Below, in pieces: positions 19,174 to 27,864 of a DNA stretch of 64,000 nucleotides; within the stretch, counting starts at the first letter, position 1; each line of letters opens with the position of its first letter. Below the pieces are notes generated by a model that saw nothing but the letters and a program-made list of their open reading frames with translations, searched no databases and was not told the origin of the DNA. The position numbers and the translations under genes are program-made. This stretch comes from Bifidobacteriaceae bacterium (lineage in GTDB: Bacteria > Actinomycetota > Actinomycetes > Actinomycetales > Bifidobacteriaceae): NCBI GenBank assembly GCA_022651005.1, contig JALCQD010000006.1:8841-72840 (forward strand). Reading direction: 5' to 3'.

Positions 19174-20157
19174 GTGTTGACTTTCAAGCAGATCGTTAGT
19201 GGATCTCGCCCGAAGACGCTTTTGGTGGGTGTCTCGGGCGTGCTCGTGGGCGCATTTTGCGCGTGGAGCTCTCTACGAACGTGGCAGAATCAGGGAATTC
19301 AGTACGTCGCAGTGCCAACTACGGGTCGTTTTGTGGTGGTGACGGTTCTCTGCCTCCTTGTGGCCGTTTTTTTGCAGATCGCGGTTAACTTTGCCAATGA
19401 TTACTCGGATGGAATCCGCGGTACGGATGCGCACAGGGGATCAGGGAATCGGGCCGGCGCGGACACGGAGTCTTCCGAAACTGCCCGCCTCGTCGCAGCC
19501 GCCAACGGCCCGGTGCGACTCACAGCCTCTGGTGTACCTCCGAAACGGGTGCTAACGGCCGCGATCGTCAATGCCGCCGTGGCGTGTGTGGCGGGAATCG
19601 CAGTCATCATTCTCACTCAGCAATGGTTGTTCCTCCTCGTAGGCATTATCTGCGTGGCCGCAGCGTGGTTCTACACAGGCGGCAAGCACCCTTACGGATA
19701 CATGGGGCTCGGAGAGGTGTCCGTTTTCATTTTCTTCGGCCTCGTTGTGACGCTTGGTACGCAAATGGTGTTGCTGGGTGGATCGGTGGACTTTGTGGGG
19801 ATCCTTGGCGCGTTGGCTCAGGGATGTCTCGCTGTCTGCGTCATGATGGTCAACAATCTGCGAGATCTGAAAACAGATGCCGCTGCCGACAAGCGCACTC
19901 TTGAGGTGCGCCTGGGCGAGACCGGGTCGCGTGTGCTCTTCGTGTTCCTTCTGGTGATTGGCATTGCCTACTCCTTCGGTGCTGCATATTTGCGTAATTC
20001 CTACGAAGGCATGATCTTCTGCCTGGCCACGGCACTCACAGGTGCCATCACTATCTCGGCTGTGATGCACCGCCGTTATTTACTCGCACTCCCCATGGCC
20101 TCTGGGACCGTTTTCGTCAATGCGCTGATTTACCTGCTCGTCGCACTTTCCTCGTAA
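19174..20157 (+). CDS. menA: UbiA-family prenyltransferase, 1,4-dihydroxy-2-naphthoate polyprenyltransferase-like
   Basis: GTG start. Has the MenA-type first Asp-rich motif [15 protein letters not shown] and the second motif [22 protein letters not shown]. Multiple TM helices. Confidence 0.8.
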   Translation: MLTFKQIVSGSRPKTLLVGVSGVLVGAFCAWSSLRTWQNQGIQYVAVPTTGRFVVVTVLCLLVAVFLQIAVNFANDYSDGIRGTDAHRGSGNRAGADTESSETARLVAAANGPVRLTASGVPPKRVLTAAIVNAAVACVAGIAVIILTQQWLFLLVGIICVAAAWFYTGGKHPYGYMGLGEVSVFIFFGLVVTLGTQMVLLGGSVDFVGILGALAQGCLAVCVMMVNNLRDLKTDAAADKRTLEVRLGETGSRVLFVFLLVIGIAYSFGAAYLRNSYEGMIFCLATALTGAITISAVMHRRYLLALPMASGTVFVNALIYLLVALSS

Positions 20158-20167
20158 ACTTTCCCTC

Positions 20168-20905
20168 ATGACCTATAAATTGATTCTGCTCAGGCACGGC
20201 CAGAGCGCATGGAATAAAACAAACCAATTCACCGGCTGGGTGGACGTCCCGCTCACAGAGCAGGGTGAAGCCGAGGCCAAGCACGGCGGCGATTTGCTGA
20301 AGGAAAAGAATGTTCTTCCGGACATCGTCTTTACTTCGCTGCTGCGTCGCGCCATCAACACCGCGAATCTCGCGTTGGATGAGGCAGATCGCCTGTGGAT
20401 CCCCGTCAAGCGTTCGTGGCGTCTCAACGAGCGTCACTATGGCGCTCTGCAGGGCAAGAACAAGACCGAGATTCGTCAGGAATACGGCGACGAAAAGTTC
20501 ATGACGTGGCGCCGCTCCTACGCGACCCCGCCGCCAGAGATCGACCCCAACGATCAGTACTCGCAGAACAACGATCCTCGCTATGCCGGCGAGCCTGTTC
20601 CCGAGACCGAGGCGTTGGCGAACGTCGTCAAGCGCGTCACCCCGTACTGGGAGTCCGAGATCATTCCGGAGCTCAAGTCCGGCAAGACGGTCATGATCGC
20701 TGCGCATGGCAACTCTCTGCGCGCCATTGTCAAGATGCTCGACGGTTTGAGCGAGGATGAGATCTCCAAGGTCAACATTCCTACCGCCATCCCGCTGCTC
20801 TACGAACTTGACGACAACTTCAAGCCCATCACGCCGCGCGGTGAATACCTCGATCCTGAGGCTGCTGCCGCAGGTGCTGCTGCTGTTGCGAACCAGGGCA
20901 AGTAG
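20168..20905 (+). CDS. gpmA: 2,3-bisphosphoglycerate-dependent phosphoglycerate mutase
   Basis: [20 protein letters not shown] and HGNSLRA motifs; 245 aa. Confidence 0.95.
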   Translation: MTYKLILLRHGQSAWNKTNQFTGWVDVPLTEQGEAEAKHGGDLLKEKNVLPDIVFTSLLRRAINTANLALDEADRLWIPVKRSWRLNERHYGALQGKNKTEIRQEYGDEKFMTWRRSYATPPPEIDPNDQYSQNNDPRYAGEPVPETEALANVVKRVTPYWESEIIPELKSGKTVMIAAHGNSLRAIVKMLDGLSEDEISKVNIPTAIPLLYELDDNFKPITPRGEYLDPEAAAAGAAAVANQGK

Positions 20906-20929
20906 TCTGAAATAACAAAACAAGAAGTA

Positions 20930-20969
20930 ATGAAAGAGGGAGCCGCTCGCAAGCGGTTCCCTCTTTCAT
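20930..20969. terminator. Bidirectional terminator hairpin between convergent gpmA and phoU
   Basis: 18-bp stem (one G:U pair), ATGAAAGAGGGAGCCGCT-CGCA-AGCGGTTCCCTCTTTCAT. Confidence 0.75.
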
Positions 20970-21017
20970 ATGTGCGTCGTTGTGTGCCTTTAATAAGCGC
21001 GCGGGCGCAACTGGAGA

Positions 21018-21695
21018 TTAGTCAGGGTCAGGACCCGTATGCTCCGGCTCCTTGGCGGGATCAAATCCGGACACAATGTAGACCACACGGCGTGCGGCGG
21101 AGACGGCATGGTCTCCGAAGCGCTCGTAGTAACGTCCCAGGAGCACCAGATTGATGGTGTCCTGTGCCGTTCCCTTCCAGGTGTCTGCTGTGGCGACGGA
21201 GAACGTCGCATGATGCAAATCGTCCAGCTCGTCGTCGCCGATGATGATTTCCTCGGCGGTTTTCGTGTCGCGATTGGCCAGCATTTCCACCACCTGTGCG
21301 GATACTTCCTCCACGCGGTGCTGCATCTTCACGAAGATATCTCGTGCCTGTTCGGGTACGCCGGACCCTGGGTACGCGCGACGTGCAGCCTCCGAAATGT
21401 GCCGGGCCAGATCTCCCATGCGCTCGAAGGTGGAAGCCAGACGCAGCGTTGACACGATGACGCGCAAATCAGTGGCGACGGGATTCTGCTTCGCCAATAG
21501 CTGCACGCATTGATCCACGATGCGAGACTCGAGATCGTCAATCTTCTTGTCGCCGTCAATCACTGTCTGGGCGGCATCAATATCGGAATTGAGGAGTGCA
21601 ATGCCCGCCGTGGTGATGGCAGCCTGAACGTCTCCCACCATTTTCTCGAGGTCGTCGGCAACTTGCTCAAGTTCCTCGTTGAAAAGCACTCGCAT
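21018..21695 (-). CDS. phoU: Phosphate signalling complex protein PhoU
   Basis: 225 aa with two PhoU repeats (FERMGDLARHI, YERFGDHAVSAA). Confidence 0.93.
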   Translation of the reverse strand: MRVLFNEELEQVADDLEKMVGDVQAAITTAGIALLNSDIDAAQTVIDGDKKIDDLESRIVDQCVQLLAKQNPVATDLRVIVSTLRLASTFERMGDLARHISEAARRAYPGSGVPEQARDIFVKMQHRVEEVSAQVVEMLANRDTKTAEEIIIGDDELDDLHHATFSVATADTWKGTAQDTINLVLLGRYYERFGDHAVSAARRVVYIVSGFDPAKEPEHTGPDPD

Positions 21696-21830
21696 GCTTG
21701 CTCCTTTTTAACCGGGTTGTGCGCGCGGCCTACGCGTAACTGTGCTCTCAAGTCTATCGATGAGCCTCGATTGACACACTGCGGATTACGATCGGTTCGC
21801 ACTGGTTCGGACTCATGCAACAATGAAAGC

Positions 21831-23333
21831 ATGGATCCCATTTCCGTGGTCGTTATCGCGACGTTCGGTCTCATCGCTGTGGCGGCGCTCGCGTCAGGTG
21901 TGTATTGGCTCATTATCCTTGGGCGGCGTGCGGCGCAGGCGTCTCGGACGCGTGGTGTAGGGGCCTCGCAGACGCAGGTTTCGGGACGAGACGATGCCGA
22001 CGACGACGATGAAGATGCTGACGACAGTGATGACGATAGCAGCGAGAGCGAGAGGCGCTCTTCTCGCCGTGGCGGTCTCGCTGCTCGTTTTGCCATCTTC
22101 CGCCGCCATGCGCGTCAGGCGCGTCGTGACATGGACTTTGACGACGATGACGATGAGCTCCCTCCCCAGGTTGCCACGCTGTTGTCGGCGACGCCGCTCG
22201 ACTCGGTCATCGTGGACGCGGAGGGGGAGGTGTTGAGATCAAGCCCTGTCGCTTATCAGATGGGCATTGTTGCCAACGATGCCATCTCGGATGTGCGTGT
22301 GTCCGATGCGCTCGCGAATGTTTTCCGTGGCAAGGGCAAGCAGAGATTTGAGTTGGTGACGCATACACCCGTTGAATACGTTGACGACACTATCGCTCGC
22401 ACTGCAGCTGAGGACGAGGGCGACGACAACAACGCTGACGATGCGGGGAGTGGTCGGTCTTCGGCAGTCGGTCTTGTAGGATCGGTGACGCGCCGCAACT
22501 GGCTCAACATCACGGTTGCGCGCCTGGACGAGAATCAAGCCGTCATCCTCATCGAGGATGTGAGCGAGCAGCGTCGCTTTGCCCGCATTCGTGACGCCTT
22601 CGTCAACAACGTGACGGAACAGCTGCTCAAGCCCACGCGCGCTTTGGAGAACCTCGGGAAGGAACTTGAATCCGAACATCTCGATCAGCATCAGGTCAGT
22701 GAATATGCACAGCAGGTGCGTGCCTTTTCGGGAGATCTTAATCACCTTGTGTCAGATCTGCTGCTGTTGCTCAAGGCCCAGGAGCCCATCACGGCAAATA
22801 CTGCGAACCGTGTCGATATGAAACCGCTCGTGGAACGCGTTATCGCCCGTCATACGCCACTCGCCACTCATCGCGGCATTCAGCTGCGGGCACGGATTCC
22901 AGAGGGAATGATCGTCAACGGGCAAGTGGATCAGCTCGAAGGTGCCATTTCGAAGCTCCTCGACAATGCGGTGGAATATTCGTCTGACGGCAGCTCTGTC
23001 GGCATCGTGGTAAGCAGGGTAACGAACGCGGACGGCTCTGTTCACGAGGACGCAGATTCCCGGTCGAACACCATCGTGGTGCGCGTTGTGGATCACGGAA
23101 TTGGTATTTCCTCACGCGACCAACCTCACATCTTCGAACGTTTCTGGCGTGGGAGCCATCAGGAGCAGCGCCAGGAACACGCGAGCCAGGGAGAGTCTGA
23201 TTCTGGAACAGGCCTCGGACTCGCCATCGTGAAGCACGTGGCATTGACCCATCATGGCGCCGTCAGTGTGTGGAGTGCCCCAGGGGAGGGCAGCACCTTC
23301 AGCCTGACGCTGCCTGCCGCACAAAATGAGTAA
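21831..23333 (+). CDS. SenX3/PhoR-like sensor histidine kinase homologue with a degenerate H-box (Glu at the phospho-acceptor position)
   Basis: Start at MDPISVVVIATFGL (TM helix); the ORF-track extension overlaps phoU. A PAS-like region is followed by a DHp helix reading FVNNVTEQLLKPT instead of FVANVSHELKTP. The N box (LLDNAVEYS), G1 (DHGIGI), F (FERFWRG) and G2 (GTGLGLAIV) are all present. Confidence 0.8.
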   Translation: MDPISVVVIATFGLIAVAALASGVYWLIILGRRAAQASRTRGVGASQTQVSGRDDADDDDEDADDSDDDSSESERRSSRRGGLAARFAIFRRHARQARRDMDFDDDDDELPPQVATLLSATPLDSVIVDAEGEVLRSSPVAYQMGIVANDAISDVRVSDALANVFRGKGKQRFELVTHTPVEYVDDTIARTAAEDEGDDNNADDAGSGRSSAVGLVGSVTRRNWLNITVARLDENQAVILIEDVSEQRRFARIRDAFVNNVTEQLLKPTRALENLGKELESEHLDQHQVSEYAQQVRAFSGDLNHLVSDLLLLLKAQEPITANTANRVDMKPLVERVIARHTPLATHRGIQLRARIPEGMIVNGQVDQLEGAISKLLDNAVEYSSDGSSVGIVVSRVTNADGSVHEDADSRSNTIVVRVVDHGIGISSRDQPHIFERFWRGSHQEQRQEHASQGESDSGTGLGLAIVKHVALTHHGAVSVWSAPGEGSTFSLTLPAAQNE

Positions 23334-23425
23334 ATTGCGCATATTCCGCGCAGAAGAACCCGTGACATGCCGTCGTCGCGCGTAATGTCGCACTTTTGGT
23401 AGGAGCATTCCGTACAATCAGAGGT

Positions 23426-24610
23426 ATGCGATTGTTCCCCGGGCGTAGGACTCGACGTGTGCTCTCTGCATTCTCTGTAACCGTTTTAGTGTTGTTGGCT
23501 TCTGCGTGTGGTGACAACGTCCCTCTCAATATGACGTCGGATCCCAGCGTTGCCAGTGATATTGGACAAAAGGCGGTGTCTCTTTCCGGCCAGTTTGCCG
23601 GTGCGGGAAGCTCTGCCCAGAAGGCTGCTGTGGAAGCGTGGATTGCCGGATATAACGTCTATCAACCCTCTGTCGATATTGCGTACGACCCTTCGGGGTC
23701 GGGCGCGGGTGTCAACAGCTTCTTGCAAGGCGCCACCTTGTGGGCCGGTTCCGATAAGCCTCTTACGGACGCCCAAAGGAAGCAGTCCACGGCAGTGTGC
23801 GCAGGTCAGGAGGCCATTGATCTTCCGGTGTACATCTCGCCGCTTGCCGTCATCTACAATCTCCCGGGACTCGACACTGCGAAAACGCACATTACGATGA
23901 CGTCCGATGTTATCGCCGATATCTTCAACGGCACCATTACGCGGTGGAACGATGCCCGCATCAAGAAGCTCAATCCGGCGCTCGCCGCCAAGTTACCGGA
24001 CCTCGCCATCACTCCCGTATGGCGTTCGGACAAGTCCGGAACCACGAATTCGTTTCAGGAATACCTTCATCAGGCGGCGCCTGCACAGTGGAAATTCACA
24101 CCGCAGGAAACATGGCCCAACAACATAGGCCAGGGGGCAAAAGGTACAGCGGGTGTGGTGACGGCACTCAGTCAGGCGCAGGGCACCATTGGGTACGCCG
24201 ATGCCGCGCAGTCGGGATCTCTCGGAACGGTTGCCGTGAGCATGGCTGTGGACGGCTCAAAGGGGAGCGGCACTGGTGCTCGTGAGTCCGTGCCGCCGAG
24301 CGCCGCCAAGGCCGCCAATCTTGTGACCGACGCGCTCAGCAAGCTTGGCACGGGGAACGATCTCACACTTACTCTCAATCACGCGAAGGATTCCTCTAGC
24401 GTGTATCCCATCACACAGATCAGCTATTCGGTGGTGTGCCCGACGTACAAGGATGTCAGAAACGCGCATTTTGTCGGCTCATGGATCGAATTCCAGGCGA
24501 GTGCGCAGGGGCAGAAGCTCGCGGCGTCAAATTCGGGGTCGGCACCGTTGCCCTCGGCGTTGACCTCGCGCATCACCGACGTGGCACATGCACTTTTGGA
24601 GGCGAAATGA
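23426..24610 (+). CDS. pstS: Phosphate ABC transporter substrate-binding lipoprotein PstS
   Basis: Start at MRLFPGRRTRRV with lipobox LLASAC. Has the GAGSSAQ motif and is followed by the pst permease and ATPase genes. Confidence 0.92.
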   Translation: MRLFPGRRTRRVLSAFSVTVLVLLASACGDNVPLNMTSDPSVASDIGQKAVSLSGQFAGAGSSAQKAAVEAWIAGYNVYQPSVDIAYDPSGSGAGVNSFLQGATLWAGSDKPLTDAQRKQSTAVCAGQEAIDLPVYISPLAVIYNLPGLDTAKTHITMTSDVIADIFNGTITRWNDARIKKLNPALAAKLPDLAITPVWRSDKSGTTNSFQEYLHQAAPAQWKFTPQETWPNNIGQGAKGTAGVVTALSQAQGTIGYADAAQSGSLGTVAVSMAVDGSKGSGTGARESVPPSAAKAANLVTDALSKLGTGNDLTLTLNHAKDSSSVYPITQISYSVVCPTYKDVRNAHFVGSWIEFQASAQGQKLAASNSGSAPLPSALTSRITDVAHALLEAK

Positions 24611-26658
24611 CGGGCTCGAGCGAGACGGCCGTGCGCGGCAGCGTGACGGATGCGAGTGCGCAGGCTTCTGCCCGGCGTGCACGCAGGGCGAATAGGGCTT
24701 TTGGTGCACTCGCCAAGTTCTGCGGTTTCTTTATTTTGGCGCTCCTGGCCGCCGTTGCTATCTTTCTGTTGATCCGAGGTTTGCCGGCCTTCTTTGGCGA
24801 TTCCGCTTCCATAAAGTCCACCATTGGCGCCTTCACGGGCGGCGAGGTCGATAATTTCTGGGGATTTGTGTCGCCGCTCATTTTTGGCACTGCCCTCACT
24901 GCTGTGCTCGCGTTGCTGCTGGCCATCCCGATTTCTATCGGCATCGCGCTGTTCATCGCTTTCTATTGTCCCAAGCGGTTCTCCGGTCTGGTGAGCTCCG
25001 TCGTAGATTTGCTCGCTGCTATCCCCAGCGTGATCTACGGCTTGTGGGGTGGCCTCGTTCTGGTCCCCAGTGTCTTTGGCGCGGCTAACGCAGTGTCGAA
25101 GGTCTTTGGGTGGATACCCCTGTTCGCGGGGCCGGCGTCCAATCCTCCACGCACCGTGGGGACCGTCGCCATCGTGTTGGCAGTCATGGTGATTCCCATC
25201 ATTACATCGGTGTCTCGGGACCTCTTCAAGCAGACTCCCGTACTGCTGCAGGAAGCCGCGCTTGGGTTGGGAGCGACCCGTTGGGAGATGATTCGCCTCG
25301 CGGTGCTGCCCTTTGCGAAGTCCGGCGTCGTGTCCGCCGCCATGCTCGGCTTGGGTCGAGCTCTCGGTGAGACGATGGCAGTGCTCATGATTCTTTCGCC
25401 TGGACGCGGTTTTTCCTTCAATCTCTTTAAGGCCTCGCAAAATCAAACCATAGCTGCCAATATCGCCGCGCAATTTCCTGAGGCGGACGACATGGGCGTG
25501 TCAGTGCTCATCGCCACGGGCCTTGTGCTGTTCGTCATCACGTTCATCGTGAACTTTGCCGCTCGCAGGATCGCGGCACGCAAACCCGGTCAGAAGGGCA
25601 AGGGGAGGCTGCGCACGCTTCTTGGGCGTATGCGCGGATCAGCTAAGGCGTCGCAGACAACTACGGCTGATGTGGTCTCCGACAGTGACATCTCCTCGGC
25701 CGATGCCCATCCTGCCATTGACGCTGTGGCCACTATTACGAGATCTTCGGCTCGTGCCCGTCACCGTCTTGACGTGGCCATGCGCGTGTTGATCTATGTG
25801 AGTCTCGTGGTTGCCGTCATCCCGCTTATTTCCGTGCTGTGGACGGTGGTGTCGGGGGGCATTGCGCAATTCAACTGGTATTTCCTCACGCACAATATGA
25901 AAGGCGTCATCGGGGGCCTTTATCCGTACGGCGGCATTCTCCATGCCATGATCGGTACTCTCGAAATTACGGGCGGTGCCATGCTCATCTCCATCCCCGT
26001 GGGAATCATGACCTCTGTATGGCTCGTGGAATATGCGCAGGGAACTAAGCCTCATGCGGTGGTGAGTTTCCTGGTAGACGTGATGAGTGGCATTCCCTCT
26101 ATCGTGGCAGGTCTGTTCGCCTATTCGGTCTTTTCCATCTTCTTTGGCCCGGGAACCGTCAATGGTTTTGTGGGGTCGGTGGCGCTGTCCATTCTCATGT
26201 TGCCAACTGTTATTCGCACCTGCGAGGAGATGCTCCTCATAGTGCCGAATGATTTGCGTGAGGCGGCGTATGGCCTGGGCGTCACTAAGGCCCGCACCAT
26301 CTGGCGCATTGTGTTGCCCACGGCCCTCCCCGGCATCGTGTCGGGAGTAATCCTCGCCATTGCGCGCGTCATCGGCGAAACGGCGCCGCTGCTCATCGCC
26401 GCGGGCGTCATCACCGGAACGAACGTGAATCTGTTCTCTGGGCGCATGATGACCCTGCCTGTCTATGTGTATGACGAGTATTCACAGGGCTTGGCGCAAT
26501 GTTCCGCACAGGGGTTGGCGCTCACTCCACCTTGCGTTCCCGAAATCAGAATGGAGCGCGCATGGAGTGCCGCGCTCGTGTTGATTATTCTCGTGCTGAT
26601 TTTGACCGTCATCGGTCGTCTCATCACGCGCATCTCCTCGAAACGTTTGGGTAAGTAA
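24607..26658 (+). CDS. pstCA: Phosphate ABC transporter permease, PstC-PstA fusion
   Basis: ATGA overlap with the pstS stop. There is no in-frame stop for 683 codons. The N-terminal half carries the PstC-type EAA loop (EAALGLGATRWEMI) and the C-terminal half the PstA-type EAA loop (EAAYGLGVTKARTIW). A hydrophilic linker spans about 25585-25780. Confidence 0.85.
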   Translation: MTGSSETAVRGSVTDASAQASARRARRANRAFGALAKFCGFFILALLAAVAIFLLIRGLPAFFGDSASIKSTIGAFTGGEVDNFWGFVSPLIFGTALTAVLALLLAIPISIGIALFIAFYCPKRFSGLVSSVVDLLAAIPSVIYGLWGGLVLVPSVFGAANAVSKVFGWIPLFAGPASNPPRTVGTVAIVLAVMVIPIITSVSRDLFKQTPVLLQEAALGLGATRWEMIRLAVLPFAKSGVVSAAMLGLGRALGETMAVLMILSPGRGFSFNLFKASQNQTIAANIAAQFPEADDMGVSVLIATGLVLFVITFIVNFAARRIAARKPGQKGKGRLRTLLGRMRGSAKASQTTTADVVSDSDISSADAHPAIDAVATITRSSARARHRLDVAMRVLIYVSLVVAVIPLISVLWTVVSGGIAQFNWYFLTHNMKGVIGGLYPYGGILHAMIGTLEITGGAMLISIPVGIMTSVWLVEYAQGTKPHAVVSFLVDVMSGIPSIVAGLFAYSVFSIFFGPGTVNGFVGSVALSILMLPTVIRTCEEMLLIVPNDLREAAYGLGVTKARTIWRIVLPTALPGIVSGVILAIARVIGETAPLLIAAGVITGTNVNLFSGRMMTLPVYVYDEYSQGLAQCSAQGLALTPPCVPEIRMERAWSAALVLIILVLILTVIGRLITRISSKRLGK

Positions 26659-26685
26659 GGCTTGAGTAAGTAAGAAAGGCAGACT

Positions 26686-27465
26686 ATGGGTCAGCGAATC
26701 GATGTGGAACACGTCAACGTGTTCTACGGATCCTTCAAGGCAGTGGAGGACGTGTCGATGAAGATCGCCGCCAATTCAGTGACGGCCTTCATCGGGCCTT
26801 CTGGCTGTGGCAAATCGACCTTCCTGCGTTCCATCAACCGCATGCACGAGGTGACCCCGGGTGCCCACGTCGAGGGCAAGATTCTCCTCGAGGGGCAGGA
26901 TCTCTATGGCAAGGGCGTGGACCCAGTGAGCGTGCGTCGCGACATCGGCATGGTGTTTCAGCGCCCGAATCCGTTCCCCACCATGAGTATTCGCGATAAC
27001 GTGCTCGCCGGAGTGCGCCTCAACAACCAGCGTGTGAGCGCCTCCGAGGCAGACGACATTGTGGAGTGGGCGCTCAAGGGCGCCAACCTCTGGAAAGAGG
27101 TTTCAAACCGCTTGGATGCCCCGGGTGCAGGGCTGTCGGGTGGCCAGCAGCAGCGTCTCTGCATCGCCCGTGCCGTAGCCGTTCACCCGCAGGTGCTGCT
27201 CATGGATGAGCCATGTTCTGCTCTGGACCCTATTTCCACGCTCGCCGTGGAGGACCTCATCACGGAGCTCAAGGAGCAGTACACCATTGTCATCGTGACG
27301 CACAATATGCAGCAGGCGGCGCGCGTGTCGGATACGACGGCATTTTTCAATATTCAGGGCGTGGGCAAGCCTGGTCACCTGGTGGAGATGGCGGAGACGA
27401 CAAAGATCTTCTCGAATCCTGCAGAGCCTGAGACGGAAAGCTACATTACCGGTCGCTTTGGCTGA
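26686..27465 (+). CDS. pstB: Phosphate ABC transporter ATP-binding protein PstB
   Basis: Walker [10 protein letters not shown], signature LSGGQQQRL, Walker [13 protein letters not shown]-loop VTHNM. Confidence 0.96.
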   Translation: MGQRIDVEHVNVFYGSFKAVEDVSMKIAANSVTAFIGPSGCGKSTFLRSINRMHEVTPGAHVEGKILLEGQDLYGKGVDPVSVRRDIGMVFQRPNPFPTMSIRDNVLAGVRLNNQRVSASEADDIVEWALKGANLWKEVSNRLDAPGAGLSGGQQQRLCIARAVAVHPQVLLMDEPCSALDPISTLAVEDLITELKEQYTIVIVTHNMQQAARVSDTTAFFNIQGVGKPGHLVEMAETTKIFSNPAEPETESYITGRFG

Positions 27466-27488
27466 GGAGCGGCGAAAGGCAGAGAACG

Positions 27489-27529
27489 GCGAGGGGGTGG
27501 AATCCTATAACAGGATTCCACCCCCTCGC
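27489..27529. terminator. Bidirectional terminator hairpin between convergent pstB and the small membrane protein gene
   Basis: Perfect 17-bp stem GCGAGGGGGTGGAATCC / GGATTCCACCCCCTCGC with a 7-nt loop. Confidence 0.75.
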
Positions 27530-27546
27530 ATGTGTATCGACAGCGC

Positions 27547-27828
27547 CTAGTCCTCCGCTAGCTTCGTGTATTCAGGCCGATACCATTTCTCCCAAATGAG
27601 CAGACAGACTCCGATGACGATGCCCAGAATGCATGTGAGGAAGGGCAACGTCACCACGTGCAAGTGAAAGACGAAGAGCAGTACGGCAATGACGGCCAGC
27701 GCGAGAATCCACGCGATGGTGCCGATGATGAACACCTTCCGCAAGTCCACGGCAGCTGGCTTGGGGCCTGGCTTGCGAACTTCCGGGTCGAAAATCGGTG
27801 CAAGATTCATGCGTTTCAGAGTACTCAC
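27547..27828 (-). CDS. Small two-TM membrane protein (DUF2530-like)
   Basis: 93 aa with two hydrophobic helices (FIIGTIAWILALAVIAVLLFVF; FLTCILGIVIGVCLLIW). The family name is recalled, not verified. The start may be the internal Met (MNLAPIF). Confidence 0.6.
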   Translation of the reverse strand: MSTLKRMNLAPIFDPEVRKPGPKPAAVDLRKVFIIGTIAWILALAVIAVLLFVFHLHVVTLPFLTCILGIVIGVCLLIWEKWYRPEYTKLAED

Positions 27829-27864
27829 GGAGCTCGACGCGTGACCTTCCCCGGATTACCCTCA

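Noticed and set aside
21510-21830. ORF-track N-terminal extension of the kinase (start 21510), overlapping phoU
   Set aside because: The extension overlaps the divergent phoU coding region and the intergenic DNA. The first TM helix begins right at Met 21831.
24436-24606. ORF-track extension of the pst permease ORF into the 3' end of pstS
   Set aside because: ATG 24607 forms the classic ATGA stop/start overlap with pstS. The upstream part is just the alternative frame of pstS.
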